IMG/VR virus record: IMGVR_UViG_3300050132_000130
Location: 1-51,174 of that record
From: a virus
Taxonomy: Duplodnaviria > Caudoviricetes
Reading direction: 5' to 3' (one strand)
DNA: 51,174 nt
In this document: positions 26,590-35,808 of the stretch, one piece after another
Layout of the letters: each line of letters starts with the position of its first letter
Numbering within the stretch: the first letter of the stretch is position 1
Notes under the pieces: generated by a model
Told to the model about the DNA's origin: nothing
Seen by the model: only the letters and a program-made list of their open reading frames with translations
Database searches by the model: none
Program-made: the position numbers and the translations under genes

Positions 26590-27678
26590 TTAGACATCGA
26601 CGCCGGTGCAAACAACCGCCGACAGGCAGGCATTCACACGAGCGGGGATCGGCAACGGGCTGCTCTGCATGAGCAGGAACCGCTGTGCGGGATCAGGCTG
26701 CGTCCAGACTTTCGGAGCATACTGCATCGTCGCATAGCTGAAATCGGGGTCGAGAATGGTCGCAAACGCGCGAACACCCATCAACTGCGGCGAGGTCAGC
26801 AAGATCGTGCCGTCGGGGATCATGCGGTATTCTGTTTCCAGAGTGCCGCCTTCCGTGCCCATATCGACGTACCAATCGTTGTAAACCCACAGGCGGTAGT
26901 TGCCCCAGACACCCTTCAAGATCGCGCCGTGCTTCGCTTCGGACGCCATCTGGACTTGGTTCTTATTCGGGAAACCAAACTTCGAGGTGTCATAAACGAC
27001 GGCCTTGGCGACTTCAGGATCGTTCATGAAGTAACGGAAGGGGGTCGGCGTGAAGATGATGTCCTGGACGGTGGCGCCGGAATACTTCAACACGAGGTTC
27101 TGCCAAGTGTCAATATTCGCGGCGGGCGTTGCGGTCGAACCGGCGCCGTAATCCCAGACGTTCGTCGAGGTCAGGGTGATGGTCAGAGCCGCCGCGCGAC
27201 CGAAATCGATGGTCACGGCGGGGAAACCTTCGCCCTTGATGGTGATCGTGCCGTTAATCAGTTCTTGGCAGGCCATCCATTCCATGCGGCGCTGGATCAT
27301 ATCAATCTGATCGGCCATCTCGAATTGGAGGTTCTGCATCATGCGTTCGACTGGGTTCTTGTCGCCACCGATACGCTCGCCAATCATGCGGCGTACAGGC
27401 TTACGCAGGTCGGGCGCACGCTTGTCTTTAATATAGGGCGGCTTGAACGTGTTCGTCTGAATGCGACGTTGTTCGACCAGCTTGCCCTCGACCATAGGCG
27501 AAACGAACGGTGCGAGGCGGCGTTTACCGACATCGACATCGATCGACACAAATTCCGTTTCCGACAGTTCTTGCAAAGGGAAGAACGTGTCGAGGATGAA
27601 AGTCTGTGCGACTTTCAAGTTCGGCACCACAGCGATCAGGGCGTTGGTGTCGAAAATCGATGGAAAACTGTATGCCAT
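26590..27678 (-). CDS. Major capsid protein (lambda gpE family)
   Basis: F-DTFFP, RRLAPFVSP, FKPPYIK-K, RRMEWMA, QSSPLP motifs. Confidence 0.95.
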   Translation of the reverse strand: MAYSFPSIFDTNALIAVVPNLKVAQTFILDTFFPLQELSETEFVSIDVDVGKRRLAPFVSPMVEGKLVEQRRIQTNTFKPPYIKDKRAPDLRKPVRRMIGERIGGDKNPVERMMQNLQFEMADQIDMIQRRMEWMACQELINGTITIKGEGFPAVTIDFGRAAALTITLTSTNVWDYGAGSTATPAANIDTWQNLVLKYSGATVQDIIFTPTPFRYFMNDPEVAKAVVYDTSKFGFPNKNQVQMASEAKHGAILKGVWGNYRLWVYNDWYVDMGTEGGTLETEYRMIPDGTILLTSPQLMGVRAFATILDPDFSYATMQYAPKVWTQPDPAQRFLLMQSSPLPIPARVNACLSAVVCTGVDV

Positions 27679-27696
27679 GTTTTGATTCCCTTATGG

Positions 27697-28392
27697 TTAG
27701 TTCGGATCGGACGCGACGTTGGCGCTCTTCAGGAAGATGTTGAAAGGACGCAGCAGCGGAGCAAGAGCAGCCACCGTGTAACCAGAGTCGAACGTGATGG
27801 CGTTCAGATTGAACTCGCCGGTCAGATAGACACCAGCCGTTACCGCACCCGCGCTCGGGTCACATTGGTCGGCCAAGATTGCCGAAGGAACCTGCGAACC
27901 ATCAGTCGCCGTGGCAACCGACGGGATGTAGTTTCCGGTACCGGCAGCAACCGTGAACAGGGCTTGGTCGCCAGCAACCATCGCGGTGCCACCGGCAGTC
28001 ATCGTGAAGCCGATTTCATTGGCGAACGCTGCACTCAGCGTACCCTGGCCGACTTCGTTGCCGAGCGGATCGAATACGTTGAACGTGGTCGCGGTCAGGA
28101 ACTTCGCAATATAAACGCCAACCTTCGCATTTGCGGCGACAGTCACGGCGCTGCACGTTGCGTTGCCCGTGTCGCCAGCTTTCAGGGCGAACGTAGCGGC
28201 CCCGATTGTGGACTGACCCAGAACAGTGCCGCGTGGCAATGGGGTGACAGTGTTAACCGTTGCACCAGAGGTGACGGTCACGTTCGCGGTAACTCGCGGA
28301 TATACGCCAGCGATCAGTTGATCGGGCAAATACGAGTTATCGAAATTCATCGGTTGCTGAGGAACGTCGCCGTTTGGAGTGATGGTAACCAT
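27697..28392 (-). CDS. Head decoration protein (lambda gpD family) with inserted domain
   Basis: RGTVLG...ATDGSQ-P-AIL...Y-GEFN. Confidence 0.85.
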   Translation of the reverse strand: MVTITPNGDVPQQPMNFDNSYLPDQLIAGVYPRVTANVTVTSGATVNTVTPLPRGTVLGQSTIGAATFALKAGDTGNATCSAVTVAANAKVGVYIAKFLTATTFNVFDPLGNEVGQGTLSAAFANEIGFTMTAGGTAMVAGDQALFTVAAGTGNYIPSVATATDGSQVPSAILADQCDPSAGAVTAGVYLTGEFNLNAITFDSGYTVAALAPLLRPFNIFLKSANVASDPN

Positions 28393-28405
28393 ATTGTTTT
28401 ACCCC

Positions 28406-29101
28406 TTAGTTCAGTTTGGTGAGAGGAGCTTCGCCTTCCAGCGAACGCATGGAATTCACGATCATCAGAGCCTGTTGTTCGGACGACAGTTTAGCGAATG
28501 CTTCTTCGGAAATGCCTTCAGCTTCGACCTTCGCCACAGGCAACACATCGCTGCCGACGTTCGCGCTGGCTACTTTCGCCATGCGTTCGTCGATGCTTGC
28601 GCGGCGCGGTGCAACGGCGGCTGCGGTCGGAATGGTTTCCATGATCGCAATCGCCGCATCAGCCGACAAATCCGTGTGGAATGCGAACTGGCAAGCGGTT
28701 TCAATACGACCGGCTGCCGCATCGCTGCGGAAAATACGGGCGCAACGGACGCGCTCTTCGAGGCGGGCTGCTTCCATGTGGGGGGCGAGGTCGTAGGAGG
28801 AGGCAGAGGCTTTTTTGGCCTTTTTGCTCTTTTTATCTTCACGATCCTCGTCGTCCTGTTCGTCTTTTTCTTCTTTATCTTCGCGCTTCTCGTCATCTTC
28901 GCCTTCTTCGTCCTCGTCCTTTTCGGACTCCATCTTTTTGGACTTGGCTTTTTTGCTCTTCTTGCCGTCCAACTCGTCGTCCTTCGGTTCCGGCTTTTCG
29001 TCGGCGCCCTTTACAGGTTTCGCGTCGATTCCGCCGTCAACTTCCTTCGCTGCGGCTGCTTGAACGGACGATAGGAGATGTGCATACGAGGTTTTTGACA
29101 T
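28406..29101 (-). CDS. Putative capsid scaffolding protein
   Basis: Highly charged low-complexity segment then ER-RC-I; between protease and decoration genes. Confidence 0.6.
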   Translation of the reverse strand: MSKTSYAHLLSSVQAAAAKEVDGGIDAKPVKGADEKPEPKDDELDGKKSKKAKSKKMESEKDEDEEGEDDEKREDKEEKDEQDDEDREDKKSKKAKKASASSYDLAPHMEAARLEERVRCARIFRSDAAAGRIETACQFAFHTDLSADAAIAIMETIPTAAAVAPRRASIDERMAKVASANVGSDVLPVAKVEAEGISEEAFAKLSSEQQALMIVNSMRSLEGEAPLTKLN

Positions 29102-29158
29102 TTATGGCTCCAGAAGTTGATTCGAGAGAATCAGTAAATTTCTCTATCATACTGAAGC

Positions 29159-29204
29159 ATACCATATATGGTTGTCAACTGTGTTTTGAACACAAGCTAT
29201 TGTG
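29159..29204 (-). promoter_or_regulatory. Tandem NrdR-like boxes upstream of scaffold/capsid genes
   Basis: ataCcAtATaTgGtt (29159) and acaCaAgcTaTtGtg (29190), 31 bp apart, flanking a - strand TTGACA (29178-29173); -10 spacing not canonical. Confidence 0.65.
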
Positions 29205-29206
29205 TG

Positions 29207-30076
29207 TCAGCGAATCGAGTTCACTAAAGTCTCGAAAGCCTTCTCCGGCGACAAAACGCTGTCGGCCAGACCGACATCAACGCCCTTTTGCCCCATGAAC
29301 GTGCTGGCGTTCATGGCGCGCACAGCCTTTATCGACAACCCACGATTCCGCGCGACAGTCCTGCAAAAAATTTCACCCAAGCGATTCACTTCTTCCTGCA
29401 TCCTGCCCAGAGCAGAATCAGTCATCGGCACGGCAGGATTCCCGTCGGCCTTGTTTTTTCCGTAAGTGATGAGATGAATCTTGACGCCCTCGTTCTCAAG
29501 TTTCTGAGAATAGTCAGTCGCCATTGCGATTATGCCTATGCTGCCAACGCCGCCAGAAACGGGAACGGTTATCACATCTGCCGCCGACGCTATCGCATAC
29601 GCCGCAGAAAACGCGACTTCGCTAAGAATAGCCATCATCGGCTTCTTCCCGCGCGCGCGGTAAATATCGTCAACCAAATCAAAACAACCAGAGCATTCTC
29701 CGCCGGGCGAAGACGTATCAAAAACAACAGCCTTCACGGTTGGGTCATTCATCGCCGCCGTAAATGCAGCGCGGATCGAATTATATCCGCTCATTCCGCT
29801 CATCGGGTTTATCGAGCCGAGTTTATGGACGAGGGTTCCTATGACGGGGATAATGCCAATCGAGTGTTCGACAATATATCCTTTGTCTTTTTGGGATGAT
29901 TCCAGCGCGCCGCCAACCTTCGCTTGGAAATCATAGGGCAGTTGCTCCAAGTTAAACCCGTCATGCGACACGCCGAAACGACCGCCAAGGGCAGAGATGA
30001 TAACCTCGGCCTTTGATGGGTGGAGCATAAGCGGGACATCGAAAATTTGCTGTGCGAGATGAGGGAGGTGGTTCAT
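29207..30076 (-). CDS. Prohead protease, S49 family (lambda gpC-like)
   Basis: SPGG, AFSAAYAIASAA, GSIG, VARNRG, GLAD motifs. Confidence 0.92.
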   Translation of the reverse strand: MNHLPHLAQQIFDVPLMLHPSKAEVIISALGGRFGVSHDGFNLEQLPYDFQAKVGGALESSQKDKGYIVEHSIGIIPVIGTLVHKLGSINPMSGMSGYNSIRAAFTAAMNDPTVKAVVFDTSSPGGECSGCFDLVDDIYRARGKKPMMAILSEVAFSAAYAIASAADVITVPVSGGVGSIGIIAMATDYSQKLENEGVKIHLITYGKNKADGNPAVPMTDSALGRMQEEVNRLGEIFCRTVARNRGLSIKAVRAMNASTFMGQKGVDVGLADSVLSPEKAFETLVNSIR

Positions 30077-31704
30077 CCGACTTTCTCCACAACAGAATCC
30101 GTTTCAATTTCCATGCCCCAACTTGGAATTGGAATACCGCGCTGTTTGAATGCATCGATCTCGATTTTTCTCTGATCCAAAACTTCTTCCCATTCGCGGC
30201 CCTGCGCGTTTGCTTCTTCTGAAAGTGTGGAAATTCCGCACTCCATTGCGATCTGCGCGCCCTGCATTTCCTTACTTTTGTCGATCGCACCCAAACCGGG
30301 CCCAATGAATTTGCAAGCCGAATATGCTTGGCGCATGTCTATAAAATCAGGCGCACCACTCGGCAACGGCAGATCATCAACTTCAAAACTTTCTTCCGCG
30401 AAGCATGTGAATATCGGACGCACGAAACCGACGCCAAAATCATTGCGGCCTTTCAGCATCGACTTGTAGCTCTCCTCAAGGGCTGAGCGCACTGAAGAGT
30501 ATGTTGCCGATGCAAAATCACCAGAAACCTGCATTTCAGACTGCCCGGTGGCCTGCGCGACGGCGCGCAGAACTGATTTCTGGAACTCGGCATAACCGCT
30601 TGTGGGGTGTTCTGATTTAACACTCTGCAAATCTTCGCCGGGGAACAGGTGCGGGATTCTCGCGCCGCCGAGGGCTATCTGTTTCTTGTTGTGGAACTCG
30701 CCGCGCATTTGCTGGTAGCCGCCGAGGCTGTCATTGCCAAGGGCGGATTGCACCAGTTCTGGGTCGAATGGCGACTTGATGAACGTGCCGAATATCGCGC
30801 TGATGATCGCCTGATCGAGTTCTGCATTGTCGTAGGTGTAGAGCATCTTCAATTTCTGCAAAACAGGTGTCAGGATGCCATAACCGCCGCGATGCTGCCC
30901 CGCTCGATCAGAGTCGAAATCATGCACGACGAGTGCCCTGCCGTCGGGAGTCATGCGTGGAATCCTGTCCCAGACCATTGTGTCGCCAGCATTAAACCAG
31001 TCGCCTTGATGGGCGCGCCGAATTTGATAAGCAACAGCCGCACCCTCATGACTAACAATAACGCCGCCGCGAGAAGTATGGGTGTCGTATGTATTTTGTG
31101 GATTCGATAAACGATCGGGATCAACCAACTGTACTGCCGTGCAATATCTGGCGCGCCCGCGACCGAGCCGTTCTGGCATCCACAGCATAGTTGCCAGTGC
31201 ATCTCCATCGATTATCTTGTGTCGAAACGCAAGGCCGTAAATCTGCGACATCGTGTGGCGCATCGCTGCGTCACAGTAATTATTCGCATCCTCCGACCAT
31301 GCGCGGTAATGTGAGTCTAGGGCGCGACCAAATTCCGCAGCCCATACAGCATCAAATTTCTTGTTGCCTGTGTAGTGTTCCAACGCGCGGTAATCAGGTT
31401 TTGATATTGGACGGAAAGAGGAGCCAATCGTGCTGTCGCTCAGCCTCTTGATTGCCCCGTTTGCCCAGCCATCATTGCGAACGAGGTCACGATTACGAGC
31501 CGTGATCGTGTCGCGGAATGTATTTACCTCAGCATCGCTCGACCAGAGCCACGGCTGCCAGTCGCCCATGCGCTGCGAGAAACGATCGCTTGCATCGCGC
31601 GGCGTCGATCCCGACATCCCCGTCCCGCCCGCGATCATGGACGCCTTCGACACGGCAGGGAGCATCGGTTTGCCGTTGGAATCTAAAATCTGAATATCAC
31701 CCAT
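30073..31704 (-). CDS. Portal protein (lambda gpB family)
   Basis: R-RDLVRNDGWA, GQHRG, GD-YSS-R motifs; likely start MGDIQIL at 31704. Confidence 0.92.
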   Translation of the reverse strand: MGDIQILDSNGKPMLPAVSKASMIAGGTGMSGSTPRDASDRFSQRMGDWQPWLWSSDAEVNTFRDTITARNRDLVRNDGWANGAIKRLSDSTIGSSFRPISKPDYRALEHYTGNKKFDAVWAAEFGRALDSHYRAWSEDANNYCDAAMRHTMSQIYGLAFRHKIIDGDALATMLWMPERLGRGRARYCTAVQLVDPDRLSNPQNTYDTHTSRGGVIVSHEGAAVAYQIRRAHQGDWFNAGDTMVWDRIPRMTPDGRALVVHDFDSDRAGQHRGGYGILTPVLQKLKMLYTYDNAELDQAIISAIFGTFIKSPFDPELVQSALGNDSLGGYQQMRGEFHNKKQIALGGARIPHLFPGEDLQSVKSEHPTSGYAEFQKSVLRAVAQATGQSEMQVSGDFASATYSSVRSALEESYKSMLKGRNDFGVGFVRPIFTCFAEESFEVDDLPLPSGAPDFIDMRQAYSACKFIGPGLGAIDKSKEMQGAQIAMECGISTLSEEANAQGREWEEVLDQRKIEIDAFKQRGIPIPSWGMEIETDSVVEKVG

Positions 31705-31984
31705 CGTGGCGGCCTCCGCGACCTGATGTAAAATATGGCGTGATCGGAGAACGCCCATGTCCTATGCCCAATTGTCGTTTTAGCTCGGCTATATAGCCTC
31801 TGAGCGCGCCCATATCGGCCATTTTGTACGTCACCATACGGTTGCCTTGATTCTGCCCATATTGGACTTGAACGACCTTTGCGCCACAGGCGAGATCGTG
31901 CATCGCCGTTTGAGCATCTAGCAACCACTGCTTGAGAGTAGCGGTAGGGATGCCTGCTAGGTCTGACGTATTCGGATCAAACAT
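31697..31984 (-). CDS. Head completion protein (lambda gpW family)
   Basis: A-HDL-G-KVV-V...V-Y...L-YI-EL-QLG; between terminase and portal. Confidence 0.85.
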   Translation of the reverse strand: MFDPNTSDLAGIPTATLKQWLLDAQTAMHDLACGAKVVQVQYGQNQGNRMVTYKMADMGALRGYIAELKRQLGIGHGRSPITPYFTSGRGGRHDG

Positions 31985-31992
31985 CTTTTCCC

Positions 31993-34077
31993 CTATGGCA
32001 TGAAATCTATCAGACTCGCCCGATTGGACTTCGCCTGCGTAATAATTCTCACGCCTGACTCCTCGACATGGACTCCTGCGCGAGTTTGAGTCTGAACTAT
32101 TTCGCTGATTCGGTCAATCGGAACGAGGAAACTGTTAACGCTCCATTCGGCTGCCCATGACGGCGGCTTGTCCCATTTTATCGCGCTGAGTCCGTGGAGG
32201 TGCGCGATGACGTGATTCATAACCATGAGATCGAGTGCTTCGTTGCGCGCACCTTTGTTAATTTTCTCCCACCGGCCCTTGATGTCGCGTGATTCGGAAA
32301 CCAACTGCTCGAACCACGGATGCGGCGGGTTCTGTGAGCGCAGTTCGGCGGGGAAATGCACGAACCACGGCCCGTCGTCGGCGCGCTGCAACTGGCCGTT
32401 TAGATCGTCCTTGAACAGATTCGGGTTAAACATCGCCACAGGAACGACGCCTTTTGACGCCGCGCGGTTTTTATTCCCCGACGTGTCTGGATATGTGACC
32501 GTCAGTTTCTTCGACATCTGCGCCGACATGCCCTTCGTCGGGATCACGGACCACGCCTCTTTGTCGTTCACCATGCCGTAATTCCGCACCAAACCGGCGT
32601 CTTTCCACCGGCTCCATGCGTCGTAACCCTGCCGCGACACGCCAGGCTGGCCGCTCAAATCGTACCCTATGCCACGGATTGGCATGGCTTTATCGCCAAC
32701 ACCTTCCATCGGATACGCGCGTTTCAGGAGCAGGTTAATCAACTCATCCCAATCCTCGGCCGAGGTCGCCGGGTCGCCCTTGACGCGGAACTTATCGATC
32801 ACCCACGACTCGCCGTGTTGCCCCCAGCCGCGCACGAGCGCGTCGAAATACCCCGATTGGATGTCGACTCCCGCAGTCAGAAACCGGACGCCGGGCGGAA
32901 CGATTTTCAGCGGTGATTCGTGTTCGCAGCGCGCCGCCAGTTCGTTCGCCGTCACCGAGCCGACTTGGCGCGGCGGGGTGTACGGGAACCCGAATTGTTT
33001 GGTCATCACCTCGCGCAGGGTCTTGTCGTCACCGGAAACCTCGAATTCCCGTTCGGCCTTGGCTTTTGCGCGCGCGAGGGCGCCTATCCCGCCCAGGACG
33101 AATGGGGACATCGCGCCGACCGCCCAGAAACCGGCCACATCGCGCTTCACTCTGGCGCCCGTTACGGTGCCGTCGATCGCTATTTTCTGGCCCGTGCCAA
33201 CCCAAATGCCCGTTTTTGTCATTTTCAGGCGCTCTTTGTCCGTGATGACGCAGCCATTCACAGGGCAAACGAGGCAGGCTTGCTCCTGCACCTCGTCGAG
33301 CGTTCCATCTTCCGGGTATGACAAGCACATATATCGATCGGCCACGGGGCACGGCGACGACCATGCGGCGCAATGAGGGCATTTCCAGTACCACATGCGG
33401 CGGTCGCTATCGGCGTAAACCCCCATCACGCCGTCTGTCCAGTCCTTGTCGGGGTTTAGGCCGCGCGCGCGATCTGGATGCGAGGTTATCAGCAGCTTGG
33501 ACTCTTTGCCGAATGTTTGGCGCCGGATGTCCAGCAGCGGTTTTACGTTACCCAATGTCTCGGGATAGGCGTCAATTTCGTCGGCCACGATGCGTGGCGC
33601 GGATTTATTGATGAGATTCGAGTATGTGGCAGACAGGAATTCAATCGTCATCGCGCCGAAATTCTTGAAATGCAAGCTGTCGTCCTTGGATTTCTTGCCC
33701 TGCGCGTCCACCATAAACGGGTGGTTTTTCACCATAGGGTTGATTCTGGACTTAACGTACGCCTCTAAGCTGTCGTCTGTTTGCATGAACCAGAGGATAT
33801 TTCCGGGCACAGAATGGACGGATCGCATAAACCAGTTCTCACCCACAGTGGTTTTGCCGCTTTGGCCTGGGCCTGCAAAAACGATCGTCTGAATATCAAA
33901 ATTATCCAGTTCGTCCATCGGTTCGACCATGTAAGGAACGATCGAATTGTCCCATTTACCGACATGGCCGCCGCCCTCGTTGAACAGCCACCGGTGTTTT
34001 TCTGAGAATTCCGACACCGAGAGCCGTTCCTTCGCAGGATAGTACCCGATAATCCGCTCGGTCAGTTCCCTACTCAT
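31993..34077 (-). CDS. Terminase large subunit (lambda GpA family)
   Basis: PYM-EPMD, QSGKT Walker A, ADEID Walker B, CPHC, LTAGVDIQ, NEALD; likely start MSRELT at 34077. Confidence 0.95.
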   Translation of the reverse strand: MSRELTERIIGYYPAKERLSVSEFSEKHRWLFNEGGGHVGKWDNSIVPYMVEPMDELDNFDIQTIVFAGPGQSGKTTVGENWFMRSVHSVPGNILWFMQTDDSLEAYVKSRINPMVKNHPFMVDAQGKKSKDDSLHFKNFGAMTIEFLSATYSNLINKSAPRIVADEIDAYPETLGNVKPLLDIRRQTFGKESKLLITSHPDRARGLNPDKDWTDGVMGVYADSDRRMWYWKCPHCAAWSSPCPVADRYMCLSYPEDGTLDEVQEQACLVCPVNGCVITDKERLKMTKTGIWVGTGQKIAIDGTVTGARVKRDVAGFWAVGAMSPFVLGGIGALARAKAKAEREFEVSGDDKTLREVMTKQFGFPYTPPRQVGSVTANELAARCEHESPLKIVPPGVRFLTAGVDIQSGYFDALVRGWGQHGESWVIDKFRVKGDPATSAEDWDELINLLLKRAYPMEGVGDKAMPIRGIGYDLSGQPGVSRQGYDAWSRWKDAGLVRNYGMVNDKEAWSVIPTKGMSAQMSKKLTVTYPDTSGNKNRAASKGVVPVAMFNPNLFKDDLNGQLQRADDGPWFVHFPAELRSQNPPHPWFEQLVSESRDIKGRWEKINKGARNEALDLMVMNHVIAHLHGLSAIKWDKPPSWAAEWSVNSFLVPIDRISEIVQTQTRAGVHVEESGVRIITQAKSNRASLIDFMP

Positions 34078-34669
34078 CGCTGTCGTCCTTCGCCGCATAA
34101 TCATCGGACAACACGCCAGCCATCGCGCTACGCAGGAACCCCGCGCGCGCCTGATCGAGATAATCACGCAGGAACCGGATCGCCTCGTCGGTATATCCGA
34201 ATTTCTTGCCAATCAGGTTCGGCAACATCTCCAACTGTTTCGCAAGCGCAACGACAACCGGCGCCAACTCGTTAATCACATCATCCCGATCCACCAGCCG
34301 ACCGCGTTTTTTGTCGAGTTCGAGTTGCAGCAGCGCGGTTTGGACTTGTGATTTAGTGCTCTTGTCTTTGTCTTTGTCGATGTATTTCTGGATCGACGGC
34401 GGTAACAAGCGCGGCCCGGCGCTGTTTCCCGCCGCCAAGTCGCGCTTGGCCTGGGCGCCAAACCCGTGTTTGGTGCCCGCCTCCTGTTTTCCGTAAGCCC
34501 ATGTGTGCGTTTGCAGCCATAGATCAATCTCATGCCGGTGAAACGCATATTTCAGTTTGTCATAGTTAGAATTACCGGGCGGGAAATCTATGTTTTCCGC
34601 TATAGTTTTCCTGATTATCTTGCGATCGACCCCATAAATTTTCTCTAATTCCCCGAGAGAGAGCGTCAT
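34070..34669 (-). CDS. Terminase small subunit (Nu1-like)
   Basis: N-terminal HTH-like segment, LELDKKRGRLV and L-LP motifs; directly upstream of TerL. Confidence 0.75.
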   Translation of the reverse strand: MTLSLGELEKIYGVDRKIIRKTIAENIDFPPGNSNYDKLKYAFHRHEIDLWLQTHTWAYGKQEAGTKHGFGAQAKRDLAAGNSAGPRLLPPSIQKYIDKDKDKSTKSQVQTALLQLELDKKRGRLVDRDDVINELAPVVVALAKQLEMLPNLIGKKFGYTDEAIRFLRDYLDQARAGFLRSAMAGVLSDDYAAKDDSDE

Positions 34670-34845
34670 TTGGCACCGTCCTGAAACATCATGCAGCCGC
34701 GCAGGGTTGCCAGCGCGTCGGCGCGTGGGTCAGGCGACTCGCCAAACGCAATCCGCGCCACGCAATCGGTCAGCAGGGCGGTCATGTCTTTGATCCGATC
34801 TCCCTGAGTGATAAGTTTCATCGTCAGTTCTTCCAGTTCGGTCAT
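34666..34845 (-). CDS. Small hypothetical protein
   Basis: MTELEELT start ATGA-coupled on both sides; GGGGAG RBS. Confidence 0.55.
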   Translation of the reverse strand: MTELEELTMKLITQGDRIKDMTALLTDCVARIAFGESPDPRADALATLRGCMMFQDGAK

Positions 34846-35462
34846 CGCATACTCCCCAATGCCTTCATTAACGCCTGTTCGAGTGCGTCCTGCACGTTTT
34901 TCTCTACCACATCGCGCGCGCGCTCCTCGAACGCAAAATGCTGTTTCACCGACCACGGATCGGTAAATCTGACGAGAATTTTCAGCCGCTGCGCCCCCTT
35001 AGCTCCCTTTAGACGCTGGAATACGCCGCCAATAGTCGCGCCGGATTTCGTTTTTATCGACCCGACGAATACGCCGCCAGAGCCTTTTAATGCCGCTATC
35101 TTCCCGCGCGGGATATTCCCGAATTTATTCAGCCCGATCCCCTTCGGCACACGCATCGCGCCGCCCGGCGTCGGGATCGACTGGCCGCCGTCGGTGTATG
35201 GATCGAGATATGTCTCCTGAATGTCTTTTGCAAAGACCGTGGCGAACTGATTGTTTTTCGTCGCGGGGATATAACTGAAACCATTCTGCGTGAACGGTGT
35301 CGCCGTGGGAAAATCCTTCAAGACTTCTTCTTTTTCGCCAACAACGACGAGGCGCGCCAGTGAGTTGATCGCCAGTGCCGTGGCATACGGTATTTGTGTG
35401 CGCGCGATGTCGTCGAGGTCTTTTATGAAGGCGTCGATGTTTGATTTAATCGAGATTTCCAT
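34842..35462 (-). CDS. Conserved phage morphogenesis protein (possible neck/tail completion)
   Basis: Q-PYATALAIN...F-TPFT N-terminus common in phage structural genes; GGAGG RBS. Confidence 0.6.
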   Translation of the reverse strand: MEISIKSNIDAFIKDLDDIARTQIPYATALAINSLARLVVVGEKEEVLKDFPTATPFTQNGFSYIPATKNNQFATVFAKDIQETYLDPYTDGGQSIPTPGGAMRVPKGIGLNKFGNIPRGKIAALKGSGGVFVGSIKTKSGATIGGVFQRLKGAKGAQRLKILVRFTDPWSVKQHFAFEERARDVVEKNVQDALEQALMKALGSMR

Positions 35463-35808
35463 TAAACCCCTCCAATTTTGCAGCCTGCGCCGCCTCGTCG
35501 TTCAGCGCATTTCCCATCGCCATCATGCGTTTCCAGAAGCCATGCCCCTCGCCATCGCTCTCCATGAAGAGCAAAAACATAAAGAGGTGGTACATTTTCT
35601 GTGACACCCACATTTCCGGCGACTGCAAACACGAGTCGACCATCAGACTATCACAAACCAGCTTTTTATTCGACATCAGTCGCGCGACGAAACGAGTCTC
35701 GTTGGCAATCTTGATGCGGGTTCGCTTTATCTCGGCCTTAACGTGTTCGTCGAGGAGGTATGACGAGGGCTGTGATGTGCCGAGCGCGGAGGGGTGTTGG
35801 ATTGTCAT
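35446..35808 (-). CDS. Hypothetical protein
   Basis: ATGA-coupled to the helicase; likely start MTIQHP. Confidence 0.6.
   Translation of the reverse strand: MTIQHPSALGTSQPSSYLLDEHVKAEIKRTRIKIANETRFVARLMSNKKLVCDSLMVDSCLQSPEMWVSQKMYHLFMFLLFMESDGEGHGFWKRMMAMGNALNDEAAQAAKLEGFNGNLD

Noticed and set aside
26929-28422. 497-aa + strand ORF and similar long antisense ORFs (e.g. 10087-10980, 32669-33376)
   Set aside because: They lie opposite well-supported genes and have no recognisable motifs; typical shadow ORFs of GC-rich coding DNA.
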